Assembly: GCA_963719085.1 (NCBI GenBank)
Contig: CAVRAL010000004.1
Coordinates: 128,001 to 192,000 of the forward strand
Direction: 5' to 3'
DNA: 64,000 bases
Origin: a candidate division FCPU426 bacterium
GTDB taxonomy: Bacteria; Oederibacteriota; Muellerivitia; Muellerivitales; Muellerivitaceae
The notes beneath the pieces were generated by a model that saw only the letters and a list, made by a program, of their open reading frames with translations, ran no database searches and was not told where the DNA came from. Position 1 is the stretch's first letter, and the number at the start of each line of letters is the position of its first letter. The translations under genes were made by a program, and so were the position numbers. Shown in pieces: positions 48,748 to 58,262 of the stretch.

Positions 48748-50583
48748 TTATCCGACGATGAAAAGGTTCGAGGACTCGGGCAAACGGGAGGCCAACCGGC
48801 GGATCAGGCGGCCCTTGATCATGCGCCAGAAGAAGGACCTTTTGGACGAACCCACCATCACGGTGCGCACGTTCAAAAGCCGGGCCGCTTCCGCGATGGA
48901 AGTGCCCGCGTCCTCGGCCATGCGCCAAATGGGGATGCCCAGCATATGATATTTTTCCAGTTCCAGGCAGGACGCCGCCAAAACCTGCACCGCCTCAGCG
49001 GTCGGTTTGACCTCCGTCGGCACGAAGAGCCCCGGAACTTCATCCACGTAAACCAGGTAAATATTATTTCGCTTGTAGCCCCGCGCGTGGATGGCCGCTT
49101 CCTCTAAAAGCCTCGGGTTCATCTGCCGCAGGGCCACCAAGACGGGCGAGGATTCCACCGGGCTGGCTTCCTCGGCCTCTTCCAGGGTCAGGATATTGGA
49201 AGCCTCGGGCAGGTCCGCCACTTGGTTTTCCGCCAACGCGAAATCTTCCGCGGCCCTTTTGTCGGCCTTGAGCCGGTGGACCATTCCCACGGCGATCAAG
49301 ATCGCCGCCAATCCCCCGCCAAAAAGTAGCGCGTGGGGTTTGTTCACCATGTTGATGACCCAGGCGACCAGCAAAGCGAACGAGGTGAACAAGCCGAACC
49401 AAAATTTACCGCCCCGCTCGCCGTCCCGCCAGCGCAGGCTGTCCACCGCGATGGAAGATAAGGTGAGGGTTCCGAGCAAACCGAAATTGTAAAGATCGCC
49501 CAACACGTCCACGTTGCCTTGGGTCAGCAGGATGATGACCATGGGGATCAGGGCCGAGATGATGATCGACCAATAGGGCGTGCCTAAGCGCGGATGGCGT
49601 TTGCGTAAAAAGGACGGCATAAAACCAAGGTCCGACAGCCGCACGTTGACGTGATAATTCCCCGCGATGGCCGTGTTGCAAGCCATCAGTAGAAGCGCGG
49701 TGGCCGCCAAGACCACGCCCCATTCCAACACAGGCCCCCCGGTGGCAAGCCCCAGGGCCGAAAGCAAAGACTCGGGATCCGACATCTTGACCTTGTCGGG
49801 AACAATAAAAAGGGCGGAGGCCGTGATAGTGGGCGATAAAAGGCCGACGACCAGGATGACCAGCCACATGGCCTTCCCGGCGGTTTTGCCCACCGGTTCT
49901 TTCATGGCGCCCGAAAGCTGGGCCGCGGACTCAAGGCCCGAATAGGCCAGCCAGGTGCTGGCGTAACCGGTCAGCAGGATCGGCACCGTCAGTTGAATGC
50001 CCGGATGGAAAACCTGGAATAAGAGCGGAAGCCAGGCGTGATGAAAGGTCAGCCACCAAAAGCAGGAGCCCAACAGCACAAAGATGACGCCCATCTCAAA
50101 AGCCGCGAAGGTCGAGGTCAGGGAGGCTGATTCCCGGATTCCGATCAGGTTCAAGATCATTAATAAAAAGAAAAGCGCCAAGGCCCCGGGCACCACCCAA
50201 ATTTTGGCCGGAGGATAAAGCGACGCCAGGTAAAAGAGCCCCGAGACCCCCGAAATGGCCGAGGTCAGGAAATAATCGACCGTGATCAACGCGCCGCCCA
50301 TCAGGGGTAAAAAGGTGAGGTTCGAGAAGGCTTCCCGGTTGACCGAAACCACGCCCCCGCCGTCCGGACAACGGCGGCAGATTTCAACGTATTTGAGCGC
50401 GATGGAAATAAAGACGCCCAGCGTGATGACCTGCGCCAGGGTGGCCAAATAGCCGATGCCGCCATAGAGGATTCCGGGAACATAAAAAATGGAAGTCCCG
50501 ATATCGGCGTAGACCACGGCGAAAACCAAAATCCAACCCAATTGATGCAGCTTCACGGGGGCGGACTTTTCATTGCTGGGCAT
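48748..50583 (-). CDS. APC-family permease fused to a C-terminal universal-stress (USP)-like domain
   Basis: ADIGTSIFY, PDGGG, AYSGLES, HPRLGTP, about 12 TM helices; SIAEAARLL...VMVGSSKR. Confidence 0.85.
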   Translation of the reverse strand: MPSNEKSAPVKLHQLGWILVFAVVYADIGTSIFYVPGILYGGIGYLATLAQVITLGVFISIALKYVEICRRCPDGGGVVSVNREAFSNLTFLPLMGGALITVDYFLTSAISGVSGLFYLASLYPPAKIWVVPGALALFFLLMILNLIGIRESASLTSTFAAFEMGVIFVLLGSCFWWLTFHHAWLPLLFQVFHPGIQLTVPILLTGYASTWLAYSGLESAAQLSGAMKEPVGKTAGKAMWLVILVVGLLSPTITASALFIVPDKVKMSDPESLLSALGLATGGPVLEWGVVLAATALLLMACNTAIAGNYHVNVRLSDLGFMPSFLRKRHPRLGTPYWSIIISALIPMVIILLTQGNVDVLGDLYNFGLLGTLTLSSIAVDSLRWRDGERGGKFWFGLFTSFALLVAWVINMVNKPHALLFGGGLAAILIAVGMVHRLKADKRAAEDFALAENQVADLPEASNILTLEEAEEASPVESSPVLVALRQMNPRLLEEAAIHARGYKRNNIYLVYVDEVPGLFVPTEVKPTAEAVQVLAASCLELEKYHMLGIPIWRMAEDAGTSIAEAARLLNVRTVMVGSSKRSFFWRMIKGRLIRRLASRLPESSNLFIVG

Positions 50584-50774
50584 GAAAGAACCTTGGGAAT
50601 TGGAAGAATCGGATTCTGTCAGGAATCCTTACGGCCGGGCACAATGGCGAACATCATACTGAATTCCGGGGTACTTTCAATAACACCAGCGGGGTGGATT
50701 GGCGGGGAAATGGCTGAAAAATCAGGAAGACAAACCCTGAAAAATCCTAAAACTCATTTTCAAGTTTTTAGGGC

Positions 50775-50815
50775 AAAATAAAAAGTCCCCCTCCGCTTAG
50801 GGCGGAGAGGGACTT
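50775..50815 (-). terminator. Intrinsic terminator of the small secreted-protein gene
   Basis: Minus strand aagtccctctccgc-cctaa-gcggagggggactt-tttatttt. Confidence 0.8.
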
Positions 50816-50852
50816 CTGGCCGCGAATGCGGCGGCCCTAATCCATCAGCGTC

Positions 50853-51044
50853 TTACTTGCTGACGGGAGTCGTGGAAGGAGCGGCGGCGGCCGGCTTCAC
50901 GGTCTTCTTCCCCTTCTTGTGAACCTTATGCTTCTGCGCCTTCACCACCGGCGTGCTGCCAGCCGCCGGAGTCTGAGCCAAAACCAAACCGGTCGTGGAA
51001 CCCAGGAACAGCACCGTCATCAAAGCCGCGATTAACTTTTTCAT
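50853..51044 (-). CDS. Small secreted basic low-complexity protein (acid-shock Asr-like composition)
   Basis: GGAGG RBS, signal peptide (VLA|Q), KAQKHKVHKKGKK, PAAAAPSTTP; own terminator. Confidence 0.75.
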   Translation of the reverse strand: MKKLIAALMTVLFLGSTTGLVLAQTPAAGSTPVVKAQKHKVHKKGKKTVKPAAAAPSTTPVSK

Positions 51045-51106
51045 TTGAGTCCTCCAAACCCTTTCGGGTTTTTTATTTTTCGGGTCGTTTTCACTTCCCG
51101 CTAGGT

Positions 51107-51135
51107 ATGACGCGGGGGGGCGTTAAAAAGTTGCA
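51107..51135 (-). promoter_or_regulatory. ECF-sigma-type promoter candidate
   Basis: Minus strand TGCAAC-N17-CGTCAT. Confidence 0.5.
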
Positions 51136-51243
51136 GTGGGAAAATCGCGTGTTTCATGAAAGGCCCAAATAAGAAATTATTCCCAGCCGGCCTGTTCCCC
51201 TCAAATTCTCAATGAATTTAAAAAAATTATTTTTTAGTGCAAC

Positions 51244-53304
51244 TTATTTCAAGATGGGAAATTCGGTCACCCGGAGCCGGGTGGATCCGTAGGGCACTAG
51301 AACCAAATCTTGCTCGGACGCGGGGCTTTCCACCGGGCTTTGGGGCGGCGCGTCCGCCGCGCCGTGGACAAATCCCCAGCTTTCCAAAAACTTGCCATGG
51401 GCGGTGACCGTCACCGGCGCGCCATCCAGCGTAAAGGGGTTGCCCTTCAAACTTCCGGCCTGAAAACGAAGCGACTCATCCGGATTTTTAACATTCAGAT
51501 CCAGCGCGAAATTCCAGGGGCTTAAGGGAACGAGGACATATTCGCTTTTCTTTTGACCCTTGGGCTGGAACCGGAACGGAATCACCGGCTTCCACGACTC
51601 TTTCAATCCCAGGCTGTAAACCAAGGGGCCCCGCTCCACGCTGGCCGCGCCTTGGAAACCGGGACGGATTTTAAATTCCATCGGCAGATGAAGTGTCAGG
51701 GTTTCTTTTCCCTCCCACTGGCAGTCAATTTTATTGAACTGGCCCGTGGTCAAGGCTTGAACCGTGCCATCGGGCAGGGTGACGGCGGCGTTCTTGGCCC
51801 ATTCGGGTACCCTCAAATAAAGGGGGAACCGGACGAGCTTCGCGCAGCTCACTTGAAAACTGAGCTGGTCGCTGAAGGGATAATCGGTTGTCAGTTCCAC
51901 CGTCACCGGCGTGCCCGACAAGGTCGCGGTCACCACGGAGGGCGCGTAAAGCACCGCCGCCAATCCCCCGTCGGCGGTTTTCATCCAGAGGTGGGACACC
52001 AGCTTGGGCCAACCCTGATGCATATTGGCCGTACAGCAGCCATATTGGGGTTCGAGTCCAAAAAGGTTGGCCATGCCCCGGTTGGTGGTATAGACGGGCG
52101 CTTGATCAAACACACAGGCGACTTGGTTCGCCTGCTGGTCATATTGATGCTCCCAATAATCCGGGCTGAAGGCGGCGGGCAAGGCGTTGAAGGCGATTTT
52201 CTCAATCCGATCGGCGAATCGGACATCGCCCAAAATGGAAAGCGAGGTTTCGAGGGAAAACATCGTCTCCACCATGGCGCAAAGCTCCGTGCCTTGGGAT
52301 GGGCTTTTGCCGCCCAAACACTCGTCCGCGCTGAAAAGCCCGTTGGCTTCCCCATGGTAACGGTCTAAAACTTCCGGCGCCTCGAAAGCCAGCCGCCGGA
52401 AATCAGCTTGGCCGGTAAGGCGGTAAAGAAGCGCCGGCACCTTGAGGCCCATGGCGTTGTTCACCCCATGCGCCACCAAATTCCATTCCTGGGTTTTTTC
52501 CCGCACCGGGAAATTGGCGAAATGTTTGGGCCAATCGTAGCCTTGGGCCGCGGTTTTTCTTTCCAGGTCCAAAACCCAGGTTTCCCCGGTCTTGTCATAG
52601 ATCCAATTGAGCGTCACCAAAAAATCGCCCCATCTAAAATAATTCCAATCAAATAGGGCCCGTTGATCCATCTGCCGGTTGATATTGGCCACGTCCCTTA
52701 CCATCGCGGGAATCACGCGCGGGTCGCCGGTGGCTTCCTCATATTGGGACAAAGCTTTAAGGATAATAAATTGGGGCCAGGGATCCCGAAGAACGTTGGG
52801 CGGATTATTGAAGCCGAAATTGGAGGCGCCTTGGTTGGGCCCCAGCCAGCCGTCGGGTTGCTGGTTTTTGAGGATGGTATCGACCCAACGGGTCACTTTT
52901 TTCTCAAGACCCTTGTCATCCAGTTCGTAAGCCAAGGGGATCACCCCGTCCAGCCAGTAAGGCGCCCTTTCCCAGCCTTCGCCTTTGCCGCCGATCCAGC
53001 CGCTTTGGGAAACGTCGGGCCAAAATTCGTCCAAGTGTCCCGAGAGACCGCCGGCCTGGAGCTTGAGCTGGTCCAAAAGCCATCCCTTGGGTTTGATGCT
53101 TCCCAAGGGCAGGGGCTCAAACACGGAAGGAACCAGGGTGGTTCGAATGATTTTAATTTTCGGATTTTTTTCACGGTTTTCAAAAAAGACCCAGACGATG
53201 ACACCGATGATGAGGAGGACCGCGCCGGCCCAAAGCGGCCATTTGAAAGAAAATTTTCCCGGAGGGGGCGCGGGAATCGGTTCAGTAATGGGAGCTTCGG
53301 GCAC
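51244..53304 (-). CDS. GH127/GH146-like (beta-L-arabinofuranosidase-type) glycoside hydrolase with N-terminal membrane anchor
   Basis: GTG 53304 with AGGAG; KPKGWL..QL, WERAPYWLDG, HGVN, ELCAMVE, YGCCTAN, TDYPF, ERGPLVY, LVPYG. Confidence 0.82.
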   Translation of the reverse strand: MPEAPITEPIPAPPPGKFSFKWPLWAGAVLLIIGVIVWVFFENREKNPKIKIIRTTLVPSVFEPLPLGSIKPKGWLLDQLKLQAGGLSGHLDEFWPDVSQSGWIGGKGEGWERAPYWLDGVIPLAYELDDKGLEKKVTRWVDTILKNQQPDGWLGPNQGASNFGFNNPPNVLRDPWPQFIILKALSQYEEATGDPRVIPAMVRDVANINRQMDQRALFDWNYFRWGDFLVTLNWIYDKTGETWVLDLERKTAAQGYDWPKHFANFPVREKTQEWNLVAHGVNNAMGLKVPALLYRLTGQADFRRLAFEAPEVLDRYHGEANGLFSADECLGGKSPSQGTELCAMVETMFSLETSLSILGDVRFADRIEKIAFNALPAAFSPDYWEHQYDQQANQVACVFDQAPVYTTNRGMANLFGLEPQYGCCTANMHQGWPKLVSHLWMKTADGGLAAVLYAPSVVTATLSGTPVTVELTTDYPFSDQLSFQVSCAKLVRFPLYLRVPEWAKNAAVTLPDGTVQALTTGQFNKIDCQWEGKETLTLHLPMEFKIRPGFQGAASVERGPLVYSLGLKESWKPVIPFRFQPKGQKKSEYVLVPLSPWNFALDLNVKNPDESLRFQAGSLKGNPFTLDGAPVTVTAHGKFLESWGFVHGAADAPPQSPVESPASEQDLVLVPYGSTRLRVTEFPILK

Positions 53305-53315
53305 GCGAACAACTC

Positions 53316-53864
53316 CTAGTTCTTCTCGTCCTGTTCCCGCCGTTTTTGACGCCGGGCTTTGAGGATAGGATGCAACAGGTTGCCCAACCAAGATAGCGGT
53401 AAATGGAGGGCCTCGTCCAACTCATGGCCAAGCGTTTCAACGCCGGTCAAATTGACCTGGCTCAAATCCGCTCCCGCGAACTCCGCGTCCTCCAGAACGG
53501 CGCCGCTCAAGTCCGCCTTATGGAGATTGGCGCCGGTGAAGTTCGCGCCCACTAGGTAAGCGTCCCGGAAGCTGACGCCGGACAGGCTGGCGTTGGTAAA
53601 ATCGGCCCGCAGGGCCTCAACCTGGGAAAGGTCCGCGTTGGTGAGATTCGCGCCCACGAAACGGGCGTCCGAAAGTTTGGACTCCGCCAGGTCGGTTCCC
53701 GGCAGATAGCTACCGCTGAAGTCCGCCCACTCGGCCGAAATGCCCGACAGGTCCAGTCCCGACAAATCCCGCCCGCTCAAGTTTAAACGGTCAAGATTTC
53801 GGTCCTTTTCGCTCTTGCCTTCCAGGGCGCGCCTGAGCATTTCCTCAACGTCGCGAATTTCCAT
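53316..53864 (-). CDS. Pentapeptide-repeat protein
   Basis: Long A(D/N)(L/F)xx repeat run (ANLTNADLS, ANFTGANLHKADLS). Confidence 0.9.
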   Translation of the reverse strand: MEIRDVEEMLRRALEGKSEKDRNLDRLNLSGRDLSGLDLSGISAEWADFSGSYLPGTDLAESKLSDARFVGANLTNADLSQVEALRADFTNASLSGVSFRDAYLVGANFTGANLHKADLSGAVLEDAEFAGADLSQVNLTGVETLGHELDEALHLPLSWLGNLLHPILKARRQKRREQDEKN

Positions 53865-53873
53865 GGATCCAGT

Positions 53874-55061
53874 TTATTTCTTCGGCTGGCCAAAGACCAA
53901 GGCCAAAAAACCCGCCAATGCGGTCGCGGCCATGATGGCCGCCGTTGGAAAAACACTGTGGGCGCTGAACAGTCCTACCAGGGCGGAAGTCAACGATCCA
54001 AAGGTAATCTGCAGGAAACCCATCAAGGCGGCGGCGCTGCCCGCGTGCTTCCCGAAGGGCGCCAAGGCCAGGGCCCCCGCGTTGGGGTTTACCAGCCCCG
54101 CGCAGGCTAAAAAGGAGAATAAAAAGACAATCGTGCCGGGAAGGTTCAACCACCCCAAGGCGGAAAAAAAGACGAACACTAGACCTACCAAGCTTTGCCC
54201 CAATAGCGCGGTTTTTAAAATCTCCGCGCTGGAGTGCCGTTTCAAAAGCCAGATGTTGAGCTGGCTTCCCCCGATGAAACCCGAGGCCAAAAGGGCGAAG
54301 ATCAGGCCGTAAATTTTGGTGTCGACTTTAAACACCTCTAGAAAAATCACCGGCGAGCCGGCGATATAGACGAAGAGTCCCGAGAAAGAAAGAGCGCAGG
54401 CGATGACGTAAATATGAAACTGGGGTTCTTTGAGGATCATGGCGAAGTTGGACAAGCTTTGCCGGAGGCTCAAAACCGCCTTGGGGTCCGGCTTATGTCC
54501 CTCGGGCAGGTAAAGGAAAACCACGGCCAGAATCGCCAAAACGATTAAAGCCAGGAGGATAAAAATCCAGCGCCAACCCAGCGAGACCGCCACGAACCCG
54601 CCCACCGTCGGGGCCAGCAAGGGCGAGACGCTGAGGATGAGCATGAGCAGTGAAAAAACCTTGGCGCTTTCTTTGACGGGGAAAAAATCCCGCACCATCG
54701 CCATGGAAGCCACACCCGCCGCGCAGCCGCCCAACCCTTGCAGAAACCGAAAGCCCACCAACATTTCCAAAGAACTGGAAAAGAGGCAGCCTACCGAACA
54801 AAGTAGATAAAGCATCAGCCCAAAATAAAGCGGCCGCTTGCGGCCAAAGTGATCCAAAAAGGGACCGTACATAATCTGCCCGATGCCCATGCCGATAAAA
54901 TAACTGGAAAGCGAAAGCGATATCCGCGCCGTGGGGCAGCCCAGGGCCTGCGCGATTTGCGGGAAGGACGGCAGGTACATGTCGATGGAAAAGGGGCTGA
55001 CGGTCGACAGCGCCCCGAGAATGAGGATGATGAAAGTCGTATTGAGGTGTTTCGTTTTCAT
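53874..55061 (-). CDS. Bcr/CflA-family MFS multidrug efflux transporter
   Basis: SIDMYLPSFP, GPFLDHFGRK, FRFLQGLG, PLLAPTVGG, GWRWIF, AGSAAAL. Confidence 0.92.
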   Translation of the reverse strand: MKTKHLNTTFIILILGALSTVSPFSIDMYLPSFPQIAQALGCPTARISLSLSSYFIGMGIGQIMYGPFLDHFGRKRPLYFGLMLYLLCSVGCLFSSSLEMLVGFRFLQGLGGCAAGVASMAMVRDFFPVKESAKVFSLLMLILSVSPLLAPTVGGFVAVSLGWRWIFILLALIVLAILAVVFLYLPEGHKPDPKAVLSLRQSLSNFAMILKEPQFHIYVIACALSFSGLFVYIAGSPVIFLEVFKVDTKIYGLIFALLASGFIGGSQLNIWLLKRHSSAEILKTALLGQSLVGLVFVFFSALGWLNLPGTIVFLFSFLACAGLVNPNAGALALAPFGKHAGSAAALMGFLQITFGSLTSALVGLFSAHSVFPTAAIMAATALAGFLALVFGQPKK

Positions 55062-55173
55062 GAGTGGGGCATTCTAGGAAAGGCTAGGCCCCAGAGCAAG
55101 CCGGCCAACTACCTTTCCGTCAGTTCAATGCTCCCGGTTCTTTAGGCGGCAATTGGTTGGAACTGGTCGGCCT

Positions 55174-56556
55174 TTATCCTCTCCCCATTTCTCCGGTCGC
55201 ACGTTTCGCCGTCAAAATGATTTCGATTTTTTTGTTCAGGCTCCGGGAAAAGGAATATTCCCCCCGAGTGGTTCGAATCCTGGGAAAGTACATAATCCCG
55301 GCCTGTCCGGCGACAACCCTCTCAAGGTTGATGTCTAGAATATCACTCCAGGCTAACTCCAATTTGCCGGTCATCCGACACAGCACCAATCCATCCTGCC
55401 GAATTGTCAAGGCCTTCACCTTTTTGATGTCACCGCTAAGAAGCGCCAGGAAAATAACTAACCCCAAAAAGCCCAAAACCCAAAAGACGGTTTGATCACT
55501 GTTGAAAACACCAGCGACCTTCAAACACACCAAACCGACTCCCAAAATGGCGCAAAAAGACATCAACCAGGGGTCCGGAAGGGCCCTCAAAGAACCATAA
55601 GTCACGGGTAGAGCAGGCATCTGGATTCGCTCCATGAACTCCCGGCAAATTCGTTCCCGAATGACCTCAAAACCTTGGAATTGATAATCCACCACAACCC
55701 GTCCACCGAACTGGTCCTGGACCAGCAAGTCCTTCATCCTATTACGCAAGGTGATCCCGCATATTTCACCCCAATCCATGAAGGTTTTCCGTCCATCTTT
55801 TTCCACGCGGGCGATCCCTCCCCCGCTGATCTCAATCTTGGACCAAGGAATCCTGGACCCGCGGGTCCAGCAGTAATAAGCGATGGAACCATAAGCAATG
55901 GCGGATACCCCTCCAAGGATGATTCCAAAGATTTGACTGGTTCTTTCCGTGGGGGAACGGAAGAAAAGCTCGTGCAGAAAGAGAACCATTGACCCTGCGG
56001 AGAAAAGGGAAAAACAAATCCCGCTAAACAGGAAAGTAGCTTTAACAGAAGGAGGCATAGCGAAAACTTGCGCTTCAAGCTCCTCCTCGGGCGAATATTT
56101 TTCCCTCTCGCCTTGAACTTGGGCCTTCAATTGATCAAACCCATCAAACCACTGGTTGACCTTGATCGTTTTGGTGCCCGACTTATTCAGGATAAAAAAA
56201 CCAGGTCTGTTCGACGCGCTTTCCAACGCACCCATTTCACGCCAACTAATAGAGACTCGCCTCTCTTTCCCGGACGTCCAGGAAATTCCCTCTTCGGAAA
56301 CCTCAATCGTTTGGCCATAGTCTGGGCGTATCTTAATGATGAGATAGAGAAGCATCACCACGATGGCCACAGAGACCGCGAAATGGACTGGATCATTCGA
56401 GTGATGACCCCGATTAGGAAGGGCCATCGAGAAAAGGTTAAAAGCGATCAAGAAACCAAAAAAAGACGCCACTTTGAAATAGGCCTTCCGAGCCTTCGCC
56501 CGATTGATCAAATAAGTCCGAGGCTCCAACCCCATTGTTTTCTCCCTGAACACCAT
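55174..56556 (-). CDS. Membrane protein with three TM-TM-bPH-like modules
   Basis: Three repeats of two TM helices plus I.I...GI...I.W.(E/D)(M/I); start may be ATG 56535. Confidence 0.65.
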   Translation of the reverse strand: MVFREKTMGLEPRTYLINRAKARKAYFKVASFFGFLIAFNLFSMALPNRGHHSNDPVHFAVSVAIVVMLLYLIIKIRPDYGQTIEVSEEGISWTSGKERRVSISWREMGALESASNRPGFFILNKSGTKTIKVNQWFDGFDQLKAQVQGEREKYSPEEELEAQVFAMPPSVKATFLFSGICFSLFSAGSMVLFLHELFFRSPTERTSQIFGIILGGVSAIAYGSIAYYCWTRGSRIPWSKIEISGGGIARVEKDGRKTFMDWGEICGITLRNRMKDLLVQDQFGGRVVVDYQFQGFEVIRERICREFMERIQMPALPVTYGSLRALPDPWLMSFCAILGVGLVCLKVAGVFNSDQTVFWVLGFLGLVIFLALLSGDIKKVKALTIRQDGLVLCRMTGKLELAWSDILDINLERVVAGQAGIMYFPRIRTTRGEYSFSRSLNKKIEIILTAKRATGEMGRG

Positions 56557-56576
56557 CCGATTTTAGGACCGGACAG

Positions 56577-58262
56577 CTATTTCTCCGCCAACTCAATCAC
56601 GCCTTTCCAATCCTTGGGCGGACGGCGGCGGTGCATTTCGGCCAGGGTTTTTAAATAACGGGCCGGGCGGTCGCTGGGCGGCAGGTGGTCTAAAATCTCG
56701 TAGGCGTCTTCCCAGGCGCCGAACTCGAAAGCCTTCAAGCCCGCCTCGAAAGCCTTGTCGTGCTTGTCATCCACCGGCAGGGGATGGATTTCATAAAGAT
56801 CAAGCGCCACGGTCATGCCGGCGGGTTGGAAACGGCCGATGCGCCGGACCGCCGCGGTGTCGGGTGAGATTTTATCGGCGACTTCTTTGGTCACTAAAAT
56901 CGGGACTTCCACCACCTTGGTGATGCCCTCAAGCCGGGAAGCTTGGTTCACCACCGGCCCCATGACCGTATAAGAAAAAAGCTGGCGCGCGCCCATGGAT
57001 CCGGCCACCACTTCCCCGGTATGAAGCCCGATGCCGCAGCGCCAATCCGGCGCCACTTCCTCAAATTTTTTCACCATGGCCAGGGCGGCCCGGCAGGCCC
57101 GGTTGATATGCTCGGCGTCGGGAAAAGGCAGGTTCCAGCAGGCCAAAATGCCGTCGCCCATAAACTGAAGCACCACGCCGTTTTCCTTGAAAATTTGCTC
57201 GGTCATGGCGGTCATCACTTCCCGAAGCTCGCCCATCTTGTCCAAAATTTTCTCGGCCTTGCCTTCGGTGATCTTGGAAAAACCCCGGATGTCGAAAAAC
57301 ATCACGGTGCCCTCGCTCAGGCGCGGTTCCAGGTCCTGGTTGTCGGAGGACTCGATGATCTTGGAAACCACCTGGCCGGAGAAAAAGCGTTGGAGCCTTT
57401 CTTTTAATCCTTCCAAGCGCTGGACGGACAAACTGCGGCCCACCATGTCGGCGATAAGCCCGACCAACCGGCAATTATCCTTCAGCGTTTGGTCCGCGCC
57501 GCCCTCGCCCGAGGCGTAAAAAAGCACCGGCTCCTCGCCCGTAATTTGAAAGGCCGCGCAAACCGCCCAGTCCGCGCCGACTTGCATGGTCATCTGGGCG
57601 TCGGCCGGGCTCGCGCCCGGAGCGCCGCCCGCGGCCCAACGGTAAAGGGTGGGCTGGGGGGCAATCTTGATCGACTCCTCGATCAGCTTGCGGCTGGTTT
57701 TAAACGCCGTTCCATCCACGGCCGAATCCACCGCCAGGACTTTTCCGCTGGGCGTCAAGATTTGGGCCCAGGTGGCGCCGGTGACCGAACGAATGAGGCT
57801 GACCACATGGGTGAAGGATTCTTGGGAGGACTTGAGCCTGAGAATCTCAGGAAGTTCCAGCAGATCTAAAATGCGCAGGCGGTCGGAAACCCCCGCCTGC
57901 TGATACACCTCGGGCTGGCTCATGGACAGCATCAGCTCGGGGGATTTTTCCTCGCTTTTTTGCCGCACCGGCACAAAAACAAACCGGCTCTTTCCGATCA
58001 CGAACTGCTCGTCCGGCGTAAGGGCGAAGGCTTCTTTTTCAACGCCATTGTGAAAAACGGGGTTCGCCGCTCCGGAAAGTTTTTTGACGTGGAGCTGTCC
58101 GGCTTTGAGCCTGACTTCCGCGTGGCGGCGGCTCAAGAATTTCTCGTGAGGAATGACCCAATCGGCCTCATCGGTCCGGCCCAGGACCGCCGCGTGGTTT
58201 TCCCGGATCTCAAAACGCAGGGTCGCGTCGCCTTCGCGGAAAACCTCCAGGATCGCCTTCAT
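56577..58262 (-). CDS. FHA-domain class III nucleotide cyclase
   Basis: FHA LGR...LSRRH...NPV; cyclase FFDIRGFS, QFMGDG, YTVMG.VVNQASRLE; ATG 58262 overlaps the kinase stop (ATGA). Confidence 0.88.
   Translation of the reverse strand: MKAILEVFREGDATLRFEIRENHAAVLGRTDEADWVIPHEKFLSRRHAEVRLKAGQLHVKKLSGAANPVFHNGVEKEAFALTPDEQFVIGKSRFVFVPVRQKSEEKSPELMLSMSQPEVYQQAGVSDRLRILDLLELPEILRLKSSQESFTHVVSLIRSVTGATWAQILTPSGKVLAVDSAVDGTAFKTSRKLIEESIKIAPQPTLYRWAAGGAPGASPADAQMTMQVGADWAVCAAFQITGEEPVLFYASGEGGADQTLKDNCRLVGLIADMVGRSLSVQRLEGLKERLQRFFSGQVVSKIIESSDNQDLEPRLSEGTVMFFDIRGFSKITEGKAEKILDKMGELREVMTAMTEQIFKENGVVLQFMGDGILACWNLPFPDAEHINRACRAALAMVKKFEEVAPDWRCGIGLHTGEVVAGSMGARQLFSYTVMGPVVNQASRLEGITKVVEVPILVTKEVADKISPDTAAVRRIGRFQPAGMTVALDLYEIHPLPVDDKHDKAFEAGLKAFEFGAWEDAYEILDHLPPSDRPARYLKTLAEMHRRRPPKDWKGVIELAEK

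Noticed and set aside
50584..50775. c-di-AMP (ydaO) riboswitch upstream of the APC-USP permease
   Set aside because: The conserved ydaO sequence blocks are not visible on the minus strand.
56577..58262. Pycsar/CBASS-type anti-phage system
   Set aside because: The cyclase has an FHA domain and an ordinary signalling-type C-terminal tail, and the adjacent membrane protein shows no cNMP-binding or TIR effector domain.
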